64,000 nt of DNA from an uncultured Gemmatimonadaceae bacterium. Its GTDB lineage: Bacteria; Gemmatimonadota; Gemmatimonadetes; Gemmatimonadales; Gemmatimonadaceae. Positions 1-9,352 of the stretch are shown in pieces. Location: the NCBI GenBank assembly GCA_963822945.1, contig CAWGJO010000020.1, positions 544,001 through 608,000 of the forward strand, in the 5' to 3' direction. Below the pieces are notes generated by a model that ran no database searches, was not told where the DNA came from, and saw only the letters and a program-made list of their open reading frames with translations. Position numbers and translations under genes: made by a program. How positions within the stretch are numbered: position 1 is the stretch's first letter; the number at the start of each line of letters is the position of its first letter.

Positions 1-1476
1 AACGTGCCGCTCGTGCCGCGGGGATCGGGGAGCGGGATGGCCGGCGGCGCGGTCGGCGATGGCGTGGTGGTGGACCTCAGCAGGTTCCGGACCATTGGCG
101 ACGTGGACAGCACGACGCGGACCATCCGTGTGGGCGCGGGTGTGCTCCGCGGTGAAGTGGACCGCGCGGCCCGCGCGGTGGGTCTGCGCTTTCCGGTGGA
201 TCCCTCCAGCGGTGAGTTCTGCACCATCGGCGGGATGGCGGCCACCAATGCCGCCGGCGCGCACACCATGCGGCACGGCCCCATGCGCCCTTGGGTCCAG
301 GCCCTGCACTGCGTCTTCGACGACAGCTCGACGGCCGAGATTCGCCGCGGCGTGACGCCGCCACGGGAAATCGCAGCGGTCGATCGCTTCATGCGCGACG
401 CCCATGACGCAATCGTCCGTCGCGAACATGCCACCCCGTCGGTCCACCGCGGCGTCTACAAGGATTCGTCGGGCTACGCGACCTCGGCCTACGCGGCGGG
501 CGGCGACCTGGTGGACCTTCTCGTGGGAAGCGAGGGCACGCTCGCTCTGTTCACCGACATCGAGCTCCGCCTCGAGCCGGTGCCGGCAGCGAGCGCCAGC
601 CTGCTCGGCGAGTTTCGGTCGCTGGATGACGCTGTGCACGCGGCGGCCAGAGCCCGCACCCTGGGCGCCAGCGCCTGCGAGTTGCTCGACCGGACCTTCC
701 TCGAAGTCGCCAGCCAGGGGAACGCGCCGCTGCCGGTGGGGCCCGGAACCGAGGCCGTGCTCCTCGTCAAGTTCGACGGCGAGTCGACCCGCGACGTGGG
801 CGCCCGCGCCCGCTCCATCGAGCAGGCGTTCCGCCGCCTCGGCGCCTCGGGTGTTACCCTCGCCCTCGAACCGACTGCCGAGCGCGAACTCTGGGAGCTC
901 CGGCACGCGGTGAGCCCCATCCTCTCGCGACTCGACCCGTCGCTCAAGTCGATGCAGTTCATCGAGGACGGCGCCGTCCCGCCGACCCACCTGGCCGACT
1001 ACGTGCGGGGGGTTCGCGCCGTGCTCGACCGGCACAAGGTCCAGGGAGTGATCTTCGGCCACGCCGGCGACGCCCACATCCATGTGAATCCGCTCATCGA
1101 CGTGAGCCGTGCCGACTGGCGCGCCAAGGTCGACGCCATTCTGGACGGCATCGTGGCGCTCACCGCATCGCTGGGCGGCACCCTCACCGGGGAGCACGGC
1201 GACGGCCGGCTGCGCACACCGCTGCTCGGCCGCGTATGGACCGACGCCGCGCGTGAGCGCTTCGCGCTCGTGAAACGCTGCTTCGACCCGGCCGGCATCC
1301 TGAATCCGGGTGTCAAGGTTCCGCTCCCCGGGCAACGCCCGCTGATCGACGTGAAGTACGACCCGGCGCTTCCGCCCCTGCCGGCCGACGCCGCACGTGC
1401 CCTCGAAATCGTGGAACGCGATCGGGCCTACGGCGAGTTCCGGCTCGGCTTGCTGGAGACGCCGGTGGAGTCTTGA
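1..1476 (+). CDS. FAD-linked oxidase, GlcD/D-lactate dehydrogenase family (5' truncated at window edge)
   Basis: Motifs VPRGSGSGMAGG, PVDPSS..CTIGGM, GSEGTL, GHAGDAHIH, GEHGDG and FDPAGILNPG. Confidence 0.85.
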   Translation, partial: NVPLVPRGSGSGMAGGAVGDGVVVDLSRFRTIGDVDSTTRTIRVGAGVLRGEVDRAARAVGLRFPVDPSSGEFCTIGGMAATNAAGAHTMRHGPMRPWVQALHCVFDDSSTAEIRRGVTPPREIAAVDRFMRDAHDAIVRREHATPSVHRGVYKDSSGYATSAYAAGGDLVDLLVGSEGTLALFTDIELRLEPVPAASASLLGEFRSLDDAVHAAARARTLGASACELLDRTFLEVASQGNAPLPVGPGTEAVLLVKFDGESTRDVGARARSIEQAFRRLGASGVTLALEPTAERELWELRHAVSPILSRLDPSLKSMQFIEDGAVPPTHLADYVRGVRAVLDRHKVQGVIFGHAGDAHIHVNPLIDVSRADWRAKVDAILDGIVALTASLGGTLTGEHGDGRLRTPLLGRVWTDAARERFALVKRCFDPAGILNPGVKVPLPGQRPLIDVKYDPALPPLPADAARALEIVERDRAYGEFRLGLLETPVES

Positions 1477-1546
1477 TTCCCAGCCGCCACCGGCCACCCG
1501 GGCACGATCACGACCGCGCGCCGACCTACCCTTCACCACCACCCCG

Positions 1547-2302
1547 ATGCCTGAAATCTTCCGTGCTCCCCGCGTCACGCTTCTCGCCCGCCCGACCTTC
1601 GTCGAGCCCTCGCACCTGCCCGTCGAGTGGCAGGGAGAGAGCACCGACGGGGAGCGGCTGGCCGAGTTCGCCGGGCGTTTGTGCTATATGAGCCAGCACA
1701 ATCCGGCCAAGCGGGCCACGCGGGAATACCTCGAGAACATCAAGAAGCAGGGGCACGGCAGCGTCCTCGAACACGCCAACTACTCGATCCTCCTGGAGGG
1801 GGTGAGTCGCTCGCTCACCCACGAACTGGTGCGCCATCGGGCCGGGTTCGCGTACTCCCAGCTCTCGCAGCGGTACGTGAACGAGTCGGACGCCGCCTTC
1901 GTCGTCCCGCCGGCAATCATCGGCGACGAGGCGCTGGAACTGGCCTGGCGCACCCAGGTCGAGGCGGCGCAGCGGACCTACGTCTCCCTGGTCGAGCAGC
2001 TGATGGAGCGCTACGGCTGGGTGACCGACAAGGTCCACCGTCGGAAGATGGCCCGTGAGGCCGCCCGGGCCGTGCTCCCCAACTCGACCGAGACCAAGAT
2101 CGTCGTGACCGCGAACGTGCGCGCCTGGCGGACGATGCTCGAACTGCGAAGCAGCGAAGGAGCGGAGATGGAGATCCGGCGCGCGGCCATCGCCATCCTC
2201 CGGCTCCTGCAGGCCGAGGCGGCCGGCTTCTTCTCGGACTTCGAGACGTACATGGCCGACGACCGGCACGAGGCGGCGCGCATCTCGTATCACAAGGTGT
2301 AG
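1547..2302 (+). CDS. thyX: FAD-dependent thymidylate synthase
   Basis: GHGSVLEH, THELVRHR..SQLSQRY, REAARAVLP and EIR motifs; ATG at 1547 is in frame with track ORF 1397-2302. Confidence 0.93.
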   Translation: MPEIFRAPRVTLLARPTFVEPSHLPVEWQGESTDGERLAEFAGRLCYMSQHNPAKRATREYLENIKKQGHGSVLEHANYSILLEGVSRSLTHELVRHRAGFAYSQLSQRYVNESDAAFVVPPAIIGDEALELAWRTQVEAAQRTYVSLVEQLMERYGWVTDKVHRRKMAREAARAVLPNSTETKIVVTANVRAWRTMLELRSSEGAEMEIRRAAIAILRLLQAEAAGFFSDFETYMADDRHEAARISYHKV

Positions 2303-2380
2303 GGGCCCGCGGCTCGCTCCTTTTTTCCCGTTGCGCGACGAATTCAACGCGCATATCTTGGCGCGTCCTTTCGAGATCGG

Positions 2381-3580
2381 ATGACGCGCATCGGTTTCGC
2401 GTACAATCAGAAGCCCGGGTCGGATCCCGCGACGGACGCGGTCGACGCCGACGACGAGCCGCCCAGTACGCGCCGGGACGAGAGTTCCCGGAACTTTAAT
2501 TCTGTCCCGCCCGCTCCCTTCGCCGCGAACGGCGGTGGCACGGGTTTGGTCGCGCCGCCTCGTGCCGCGCCCGACGCGCCGGCGGCCGATGTGTACGCCG
2601 AGTGGGATACCGCCGAGACCATCGACGCCGTAGCCAACGCCCTCTCGGCATACGGCACCGTGATCCGGCTCGAGGCGACTCCCGACTTTCCCGAGCGCCT
2701 TCGCGACTCGGACGTCGACATCGTCTTCAACATCGCCGAGGGGCTCCACGGCCCGAACCGCGAAGCCCACGTGCCCGCCATCTGCGAGTTCTACGGCGTG
2801 CCCTACTCGGGCAGCGACCCGTTCACGCTCTCGCTCTGCCTGCACAAGGCCCGCACAAAGCAGATGCTCGCCGCCAACGAGGTTCCCACCGCGGGCTTCG
2901 TGCTCGTGGAGACCGTGGACCAGCTGGCCGCGCTCGCCGCGGGCCGATCCGTGCCGGCCGCGCGCTATCCGCTCTTCCTCAAGCCGGTGCAGGAGGGATC
3001 CTCCAAGGGGATCACCGAGCAGAACTTCGTGCGTGACGGCGGCGAGCTGATGGCCCGCGGCCGCGAGTTGCTGCGATCGTATGACCAGCCGGTGCTCGTG
3101 GAGGAGTACCTGCCTGGCGCTGAATTCACCTGCGGCGTGCTGGGAAACGGCGATCGCGCACGGGTGCTGCCGCTGGTGGGAATGCGCTTCGACACGCTTC
3201 CCGGCGGGGCGCTGCCGATCTACGGGTTCGAGGCCAAGTGGGTGTGGGACACACCCGAGCGCCCGCTGGACATCTTCGAGTGCCCGGCGCGCATTCCCGA
3301 CGATCTTCGCGCCGCTATTGAGGCCGTGACGTTGCGTGCCTACCATGTGCTGGGCTGCCGCGACTGGTCCCGCATCGACGTCCGGCTCGACGCCACCGGC
3401 GCCCCGAACGTCATCGAGATCAACCCGCTGCCCGGCATTCTTCCCGACCCCGAGGAGAATTCCTGCCTGCCCAAGGCGGCGCGAGCCGCGGGGCTGTCGT
3501 ACGACGAACTGATCCAGGCCTGCCTCGTCCACGCCGCCGAGCGGCAGGGCGTCACCCTCCAGCGCCGGAGCGCGCCGTGA
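2381..3580 (+). CDS. D-Ala-D-Ala ligase-like ATP-grasp protein 1
   Basis: VFNIAEG, PYSGS, K..TK, FLKP..EGSSKGI, EEYLPG.E, RIDVR and EINPLPG motifs. Confidence 0.85.
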   Translation: MTRIGFAYNQKPGSDPATDAVDADDEPPSTRRDESSRNFNSVPPAPFAANGGGTGLVAPPRAAPDAPAADVYAEWDTAETIDAVANALSAYGTVIRLEATPDFPERLRDSDVDIVFNIAEGLHGPNREAHVPAICEFYGVPYSGSDPFTLSLCLHKARTKQMLAANEVPTAGFVLVETVDQLAALAAGRSVPAARYPLFLKPVQEGSSKGITEQNFVRDGGELMARGRELLRSYDQPVLVEEYLPGAEFTCGVLGNGDRARVLPLVGMRFDTLPGGALPIYGFEAKWVWDTPERPLDIFECPARIPDDLRAAIEAVTLRAYHVLGCRDWSRIDVRLDATGAPNVIEINPLPGILPDPEENSCLPKAARAAGLSYDELIQACLVHAAERQGVTLQRRSAP

Positions 3581-4644
3581 AGATCGCCATCGTGTTCGAC
3601 GGAGCGTCGGCGATTGCCGCGTTCCCCGATCTGCTGATCCTCGACACCGTCGAGGCCATCGAACGCGCGATGGTGACCGAGGGGAACGCGGTCACCCGGA
3701 TCCCGGTGCATCCCGACGGCCGGTGGATCGAACGCCTGCGGAAGGGCGGGTTCGACCTCGTCTTCAACATGTGCGAGGGAGTCAACGGCGTCGCGGCCCT
3801 CGAGCCGTCGGTCATCGCCGTCCTGGAATTGCTCGCCCTGCCGTACACCGGCAGTTCCAGCTTCACCACCGCCCTCTGTCTGCGGAAGCACGTGGTGAAT
3901 GGTCTGCTGGCCGGCGCCGGACTGCCGGTGCCGGAGTTCACCACCGTGCGGCCGGGCGACCCGGTGAAGCCCATCGGGTTTCCGGCCATCTGCAAGCCGG
4001 CGGCCGAGGATGCGTCCATCGGCATCGAACAGAAGTCGGTGGTGCGCACGCGGCGGGCGCTCGACGAGCGCGTCGAGGCAATGCTCGGGCGCTGGAATCA
4101 GATCCTGGTGCAGCGGTACGTCGAGGGGCGCGAGGTGAATGTCGGTGTGCTCGGCGACCAGGTGCTGCCGGTGGCCGAGATCGATTTCAGCGGGATGCCC
4201 AAGGGCAAGTGGCGGATCGTGAGCTATCGGTCCAAGTGGGAAGCCGGCAGCGACGAGGACGCCGGTACGGCGCCCCGCTGCCCGGCCGACCTGCCGCCCG
4301 AACTCGAGGCCGAGGTGCGCCGGGTGGCGCGCGATGCGTGGCGTGTGGTGGGCGGCCAGGGTTACGGCCGCGTGGACATGCGGATCGACGCCAAGGGGCA
4401 GCCGTGGATCCTGGAAGTGAATCCGAATCCGGACATCGCTCCCGACGCCGGTCTGGCCCGCATGGCCGGCGCGGCCGGCATGAGCTATGGCCGTCTCATC
4501 CGGACCGTCTGTCAGCTGGGGGCGCGCCGCCGCATCGAGGTTGGCGACGCCGAACGGCTGTGGGCACTGGCGTTCGAGCTCTCCGGCGGGACCAGCGCCG
4601 CGCTCCAGTCGGACCTGCTCGACAGCGCCCGGCAGGCCTCCTGA
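3577..4644 (+). CDS. D-Ala-D-Ala ligase-like ATP-grasp protein 2
   Basis: VFNMCEG, PYTGS, KPAAEDASIGI, YVEGRE, GRVDMR and EVNPNPD motifs; GTGA overlap with the upstream gene. Confidence 0.85.
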   Translation: MKIAIVFDGASAIAAFPDLLILDTVEAIERAMVTEGNAVTRIPVHPDGRWIERLRKGGFDLVFNMCEGVNGVAALEPSVIAVLELLALPYTGSSSFTTALCLRKHVVNGLLAGAGLPVPEFTTVRPGDPVKPIGFPAICKPAAEDASIGIEQKSVVRTRRALDERVEAMLGRWNQILVQRYVEGREVNVGVLGDQVLPVAEIDFSGMPKGKWRIVSYRSKWEAGSDEDAGTAPRCPADLPPELEAEVRRVARDAWRVVGGQGYGRVDMRIDAKGQPWILEVNPNPDIAPDAGLARMAGAAGMSYGRLIRTVCQLGARRRIEVGDAERLWALAFELSGGTSAALQSDLLDSARQAS

Positions 4645-5165
4645 TGCCCACGCTCGGAGCGCTCGATGCCTCCCACCGACCGCACCTGGACGCCCTGCTG
4701 CGGGCGACCGGCGCGTTCCGGACCGACGAAGTCGACGTCGCGTTGGAGTTGTTCGACGAAACGTACGGCGCCCTTTCCGACCCGAGTGCGCCGGCCGACT
4801 ACGAATTCGTGGCCGCGTTCGACGATGCGGGGTCTCTCGCCGGATACTGCTGTTACGGCGCAACGCCGGGCACCGAGGGGACGTACGACCTCTACTGGAT
4901 CGCCGTCGATCCGGCCCAGCAGGGTTGCGGCGTGGGCTCCGCGTTGTTGGCGGAGGTGGAACGGCGGCTGGGGCAACGCCAGGCGCGCATGCTGGTGGTG
5001 GAAACGTCCGGACGAGATGAATACAAGGCGACACGGCAGTTCTACGGAGCGCGTGGATACGACGTCACCGCGCGGCTCCGCGATTTCTACGCCCCCGCCG
5101 ACGATCGGGTGGTGTACACGAGGTACCTCGGCAGTTTTCATCCACCCGCGGTTCGCGGAGCCTGA
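4644..5165 (+). CDS. GNAT family N-acetyltransferase
   Basis: C-terminal part of track ORF 3723-5165; YWIAVDP.QQG.GVGSAL acetyl-CoA motif and FY..RGY; TGATG coupling at 4642-4646. Confidence 0.85.
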   Translation: MPTLGALDASHRPHLDALLRATGAFRTDEVDVALELFDETYGALSDPSAPADYEFVAAFDDAGSLAGYCCYGATPGTEGTYDLYWIAVDPAQQGCGVGSALLAEVERRLGQRQARMLVVETSGRDEYKATRQFYGARGYDVTARLRDFYAPADDRVVYTRYLGSFHPPAVRGA

Positions 5166-5170
5166 CCGCC

Positions 5171-6337
5171 ATGAGTGACTGGCAGCAAATTCTTCACACC
5201 GGCATCGACACACTCGACAAGCTGGCCGAGAAGTTCGGCCCCGAGGTGATCGACGTCGACGCCCTGCAGCCGGCGTTCGACAACTTCCAGATGCGGATCA
5301 CGCCCAATGTGCTCGCCCAGTTGCGGGAGGTGGGAGATCCGATCTGGAACCAGTACGTCCCGACGGTGCAGGAACTGAACGTCGTGGACGGGGTCATCGA
5401 TTCACTCGACGAGGACGGCGACTCGCCGGTGCCGAACATCACGCACCGCTATCCCGATCGCGTGCTCTTCCTGGTGAGTCCGGTGTGCGCGTCGTACTGC
5501 CGGTTCTGCACCCGGCGTCGCAAGGTGGGCGACCCCGAGAAGATTCCGCTCAACCAGTACGAGTCGGCGTTCGAGTACATCCGGAGCCATCCGGAGATCC
5601 GCGACGTCATCATGAGCGGCGGCGATCCGATGATGCTCTCCGACCGGCGGCTGGAGTACCTCTTCCAGCGGCTCCGGGAGATTCCCCACGTCGAGATCAT
5701 TCGCATCGGCAGCCGGATCACGGCGCACCTGCCGGAGCGGATCACGCCCGAATTCTGCGAGATGGTCAAGAAGTACCACCCCGTGTACATGAACACGCAC
5801 TTCAACCACCCCAGCGAGTTGACGCCGGCCACGGTGGCGGCGCTCGGCCGGCTGGCGGAGGCCGGTGTGCCGCTGGGATGCCAGACCGTGCTGTTGCGCG
5901 GCGTGAACGACAATCCGGAAACGATGAAGGAGCTGATGCAGAAGCTCCTCAAGGCGCGCGTCCGTCCGTACTACCTCTACATGGCCGACCAGGTAGCCGG
6001 GGGCGAGCACTTCCGGACGATGGTCGAGACCGGGCTCGAGATCGTGAAGGCGTTGCGCGGCTGGACCTCGGGGCTCGCCGTCCCGCACTTCTGCATCGAC
6101 GCGCCGGGAGGCGGCGGCAAGGTGCCCCTGCTGCCGGAGTACGTGGAGAAGATCACGGACGACGAGGTCATCTTCCGGAACTACGAGGGCAAGCGGTTCA
6201 CGTACAAGCAGCCGCGGCTCCCGATCGCTGCCTCCGCGTGCGGCACGGCCGCCGACGGGGAGTCCGTGGTGTTGCCCATGCGGGCCGTCAAACCGCGCAA
6301 GAAGTCGGTGCGGACCCGCGGGCGGAAGACCGGCTGA
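5171..6337 (+). CDS. kamA: KamA family radical SAM/PLP aminomutase (lysine 2,3-aminomutase-like)
   Basis: THRYPDR, CASYCRFCTRRR (CxxxCxxC), SGGDP, THFNHP and DAPGGGGK (PLP lysine). Confidence 0.88.
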   Translation: MSDWQQILHTGIDTLDKLAEKFGPEVIDVDALQPAFDNFQMRITPNVLAQLREVGDPIWNQYVPTVQELNVVDGVIDSLDEDGDSPVPNITHRYPDRVLFLVSPVCASYCRFCTRRRKVGDPEKIPLNQYESAFEYIRSHPEIRDVIMSGGDPMMLSDRRLEYLFQRLREIPHVEIIRIGSRITAHLPERITPEFCEMVKKYHPVYMNTHFNHPSELTPATVAALGRLAEAGVPLGCQTVLLRGVNDNPETMKELMQKLLKARVRPYYLYMADQVAGGEHFRTMVETGLEIVKALRGWTSGLAVPHFCIDAPGGGGKVPLLPEYVEKITDDEVIFRNYEGKRFTYKQPRLPIAASACGTAADGESVVLPMRAVKPRKKSVRTRGRKTG

Positions 6338-6345
6338 GGGATGGC

Positions 6346-6384
6346 GGCAAACGGGGCGGCGCCGGTGGCGCCGCCCCGTTTGCC
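6346..6384. terminator. 18-bp perfect inverted repeat between convergent genes
   Basis: GGCAAACGGGGCGGCGCC-ggt-GGCGCCGCCCCGTTTGCC. Confidence 0.75.
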
Positions 6385-6391
6385 ATCGGAC

Positions 6392-6793
6392 TCACCGCGA
6401 CGTCAGGACGATCACTCCGCCGGGATTGCCGGACCCGAATCGCTGCATCGCCTGCTCCGGAGTCAGGTACCGGATCTCCTTGACCGTGGCCACCGGAATG
6501 GTCCGCAGGTCCGAGATTCCGCCCAGCCGATTGCTGTCCATGTACACGTGGACGGTGTAGTCCTGAGGCGAACTGATGGACGACGACGCATTGGCCAGGT
6601 GCGGACGGAGCATCTCCGGACGCAGGTGCTGGATGGCATCGTAGACGTTCGGGGAGTTCTCGTTCGCCAACTCGGCCGCGGTGATCACGTTGGGGTTCCG
6701 ATACGTCGACGCACCCCCGGTGCCCACCCCGCCGCTGGCGCAACCCGCGAGCAGAAGTCCGGCGAGCAACGTCCTGACCGACGACATTCTCAT
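6392..6793 (-). CDS. Small lipoprotein resembling a stand-alone TonB-dependent receptor plug domain
   Basis: Lipobox LLLAGC; VITAAEL..NVYDAI..LRP; I.EIRYL...A..RFG....GGVIVLTS. Confidence 0.7.
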   Translation of the reverse strand: MRMSSVRTLLAGLLLAGCASGGVGTGGASTYRNPNVITAAELANENSPNVYDAIQHLRPEMLRPHLANASSSISSPQDYTVHVYMDSNRLGGISDLRTIPVATVKEIRYLTPEQAMQRFGSGNPGGVIVLTSR

Positions 6794-6825
6794 GGTACGA
6801 CCTCCGTGTGTGCCGCCCTGCGGCA

Positions 6826-8928
6826 TCAGTGGGCCAGCGCTTCTTCGTGTTCCTTGGCCGACTCGCTGATCACGCGTTGCGACGCGTCGGACGGCATCTC
6901 TTCGTAGCCGCGGAACCGGCGGGTGAACGTTGCCCGCCCCTGCGTCATCGACTGCAGGGAACTCGCGTACATGTACAACTCGGCCTGGGGAATCACGGCC
7001 CGCACCCGGGTCCCCTCCGTCGTCGTCTCGGTGCCCAGGATGTGCCCGCGCCGTGACGACAGGTCGCCCAGCACATCGCCCATGTACTCGTCCGGTGTCA
7101 GGATCTCCAGCTCGTCGAGCGGTTCCAGCAACACCGGCTTGCACTTGGGCGCCACGACCTTGAAGCCCAGAATTCCCGCCATCTTGAACGACATTTCATT
7201 GGAGTCGACGGTGTGGAACGAACCGTCGTACAGTTCCACCTTGAAGTCGACCAGCGGATAGCCGGCGAGCACCCCGCGCACTGCGGCCTCCTGAATCCCC
7301 TTGTCCACGGCGGGGATGAATTTGCTGGGTATCGCGCCGCCCACGATCTTGTCCACGAACTCGTACCCGGCACCGCGCGGGAGCGGTGAGAATCGCACCC
7401 AGCAATCGCCGAACTGGCCGCGGCCGCCACTCTGCTTCTTGTGCCGGCCCTGCCCGTCGGCGGTGCCGCGGATGGTCTCGCGGTACGCGATGCTCGGCTT
7501 GGTCAGTTCGGCCTCGACGCCGTACTTCCGCTTGAGCTTGCCCATCGTCACTTCGAGGTGCCGTTCGCCCATGCCCGAGACCAGCGTCTCGTGAGTCTCG
7601 GCGTTGTAGTGCATCTCGAACGTCGGGTCCTCGTCGTGCAGCCGGTGGAGCCCCGCCTGGAGTTTCTCCTCGTCGCCGCGGGCGGCGGCGTGCACGGCCA
7701 TCTGCATGACCCCTTCGGGGAACTCGATCTGGGGCAGCCGGACCGGATGCTGGCGCGTGGACAGGGTGTCGTTGGTATGGGTGTTCCGCAGCTTGGCCAC
7801 GCACCCGATGTCGCCGGCGTAGAGCGCCGGCACTTCGGTTCGATCCTTCCCCTGCACGATGGACAGGTGGCCCAGCTTCTCGCCGCCGTCCCGGGTGGCG
7901 TTGAACACTTCGGCGCCCGATTCCACCTTGCCCGAGAAGATGCGGAAGAAGCTCACCTCGCCCACATGCGGTTCCGACATCGTCTTGAAGACGAGCGCCG
8001 CGAAGGGCGCGTCGTCGTTGGCGTGGATTTCCACGGTGTGGTCGCCTTCGGCGCCCTTGAACGCATGGAGTTCCTCCATTTCCCAGGCGCTGGGCATCAC
8101 TTCCACCACCGTGCTGAGCACCGCCTGCGTCCCGTAGTTCAGTTCGCTGGACATGCAGAACAACGGGAACAGCTCCATGCGCTTCATCGCCTCCTTCATG
8201 GCCTGCAGGGCATCGGCCCGGCTGATCTCGCCGCCCTCCAGGTAGCGCTCCAGCAGCGAGTCGTCCGTGGCGGCGATGGTCTCGATGAGCTGCTCGTAGT
8301 ACTTGTCGAATACGGGCTGCAGCTCCGCCGGGATGTCCACCTCGTCGTACTCCCCTCCCTTGGCCCCCTGCTTGTACAGGTGAGCCTTCTTGGAGAAGAG
8401 GTTGATGATGCCGTGAAACTCGGGGCCCTCGCCGATCGGCACCTCCACGGGGATCACCTTGTTCGTCAGCTGGTCGCGGATCTGGGACACCACGGTGTCG
8501 AAGCTGGCATGCTCCTTGTCCATCATCGTCGCCACGAACAGCACCGGATCGCGGCGCCGGACCGCTTCCCGGAACATGCGTTCGGTACCCACCTCGATGC
8601 CGGCGGTCGCGCTGATCACGCACAGGGCTCCGTCGGCGGCGGCCAGGCCGGCAACCGCGTCCCCCTGGAAGTCCAGGAATCCCGGTGTATCGATGAGGTT
8701 GATCTTGACGCCCTTCCACTCGGCGTACGCGCATCCGAGGTTGATCGAATAGCCGCGCTCGATCTCCTCGGGCCCGGTGTCGGTGAGTGCCGTTCCGTCC
8801 TTGACCGACCCGTGCCGCTTGCTGGACCCGGACACGAAGGCGAGCGCATCGACCAGGCTGGTCTTGCCGCTCGCCCCGTGTCCCACGACCGCGACATTGC
8901 GGATCTCCGACCCTCGATATTCTGGCAT
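6826..8928 (-). CDS. Elongation factor G paralogue (EF-G2-like)
   Basis: 700 aa; GHGASGKTS, ERGYSI, DTPG, GMGERHL, KKQSGGRGQFG and DSNEMSF; not within an str operon. Confidence 0.9.
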   Translation of the reverse strand: MPEYRGSEIRNVAVVGHGASGKTSLVDALAFVSGSSKRHGSVKDGTALTDTGPEEIERGYSINLGCAYAEWKGVKINLIDTPGFLDFQGDAVAGLAAADGALCVISATAGIEVGTERMFREAVRRRDPVLFVATMMDKEHASFDTVVSQIRDQLTNKVIPVEVPIGEGPEFHGIINLFSKKAHLYKQGAKGGEYDEVDIPAELQPVFDKYYEQLIETIAATDDSLLERYLEGGEISRADALQAMKEAMKRMELFPLFCMSSELNYGTQAVLSTVVEVMPSAWEMEELHAFKGAEGDHTVEIHANDDAPFAALVFKTMSEPHVGEVSFFRIFSGKVESGAEVFNATRDGGEKLGHLSIVQGKDRTEVPALYAGDIGCVAKLRNTHTNDTLSTRQHPVRLPQIEFPEGVMQMAVHAAARGDEEKLQAGLHRLHDEDPTFEMHYNAETHETLVSGMGERHLEVTMGKLKRKYGVEAELTKPSIAYRETIRGTADGQGRHKKQSGGRGQFGDCWVRFSPLPRGAGYEFVDKIVGGAIPSKFIPAVDKGIQEAAVRGVLAGYPLVDFKVELYDGSFHTVDSNEMSFKMAGILGFKVVAPKCKPVLLEPLDELEILTPDEYMGDVLGDLSSRRGHILGTETTTEGTRVRAVIPQAELYMYASSLQSMTQGRATFTRRFRGYEEMPSDASQRVISESAKEHEEALAH

Positions 8929-8946
8929 CTGCCGCTCCTCGTCAGA

Positions 8947-9246
8947 TCAGGTGAGTGTGCCGATGCGCGGCGCGACCGACAGCCAGCTCCGGAGGGTTTC
9001 TTCCTCGACGTCGCCGACGCTGCCGGGCAGGTCCACGGCGATCGCGCGAGCCGACTGCCGCACCTCACTGACGCAGATGAAGACCACGGCGCTGTTGCCG
9101 CCGGCCTCACCTTTCACGTACGTCGCGGTCCACATGCGGCCGAGCGCGTCGGTGAAGACGCGCTCGCCGCCTGAGGGGCGGCGAGGGGTGGTGCGGATGG
9201 ACTGCCTTGGCACGATAGGGATCCTCGATTGCAGAAGCGTGGCCAC
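8947..9246 (-). CDS. Hypothetical protein
   Basis: 99-aa ORF co-oriented directly upstream of the EF-G paralogue; protein-like composition. Confidence 0.6.
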   Translation of the reverse strand: MATLLQSRIPIVPRQSIRTTPRRPSGGERVFTDALGRMWTATYVKGEAGGNSAVVFICVSEVRQSARAIAVDLPGSVGDVEEETLRSWLSVAPRIGTLT

Positions 9247-9296
9247 ATGATCGGGGGTTCGTCAAGGTCCCACGCGCCGGCCACGGAAAAACAAAA

Positions 9297-9322
9297 CCGG
9301 GGGGCGCTCCTGCGCCCCCCGG
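9297..9322 (-). terminator. Intrinsic terminator
   Basis: CCGGGGGGCGC-tcct-GCGCCCCCCGG, followed on the minus strand by TTTTGTTTTT. Confidence 0.8.
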
Positions 9323-9352
9323 CCGGTGCCGCTCGCCCATCGCGATGCCGCC

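Noticed and set aside
5171..6337. KamA as the EF-P modification enzyme EpmB
   Set aside because: No efp or epmA is nearby, and its operon partners are ATP-grasp ligases and a GNAT; not fully excluded without a phylogeny.
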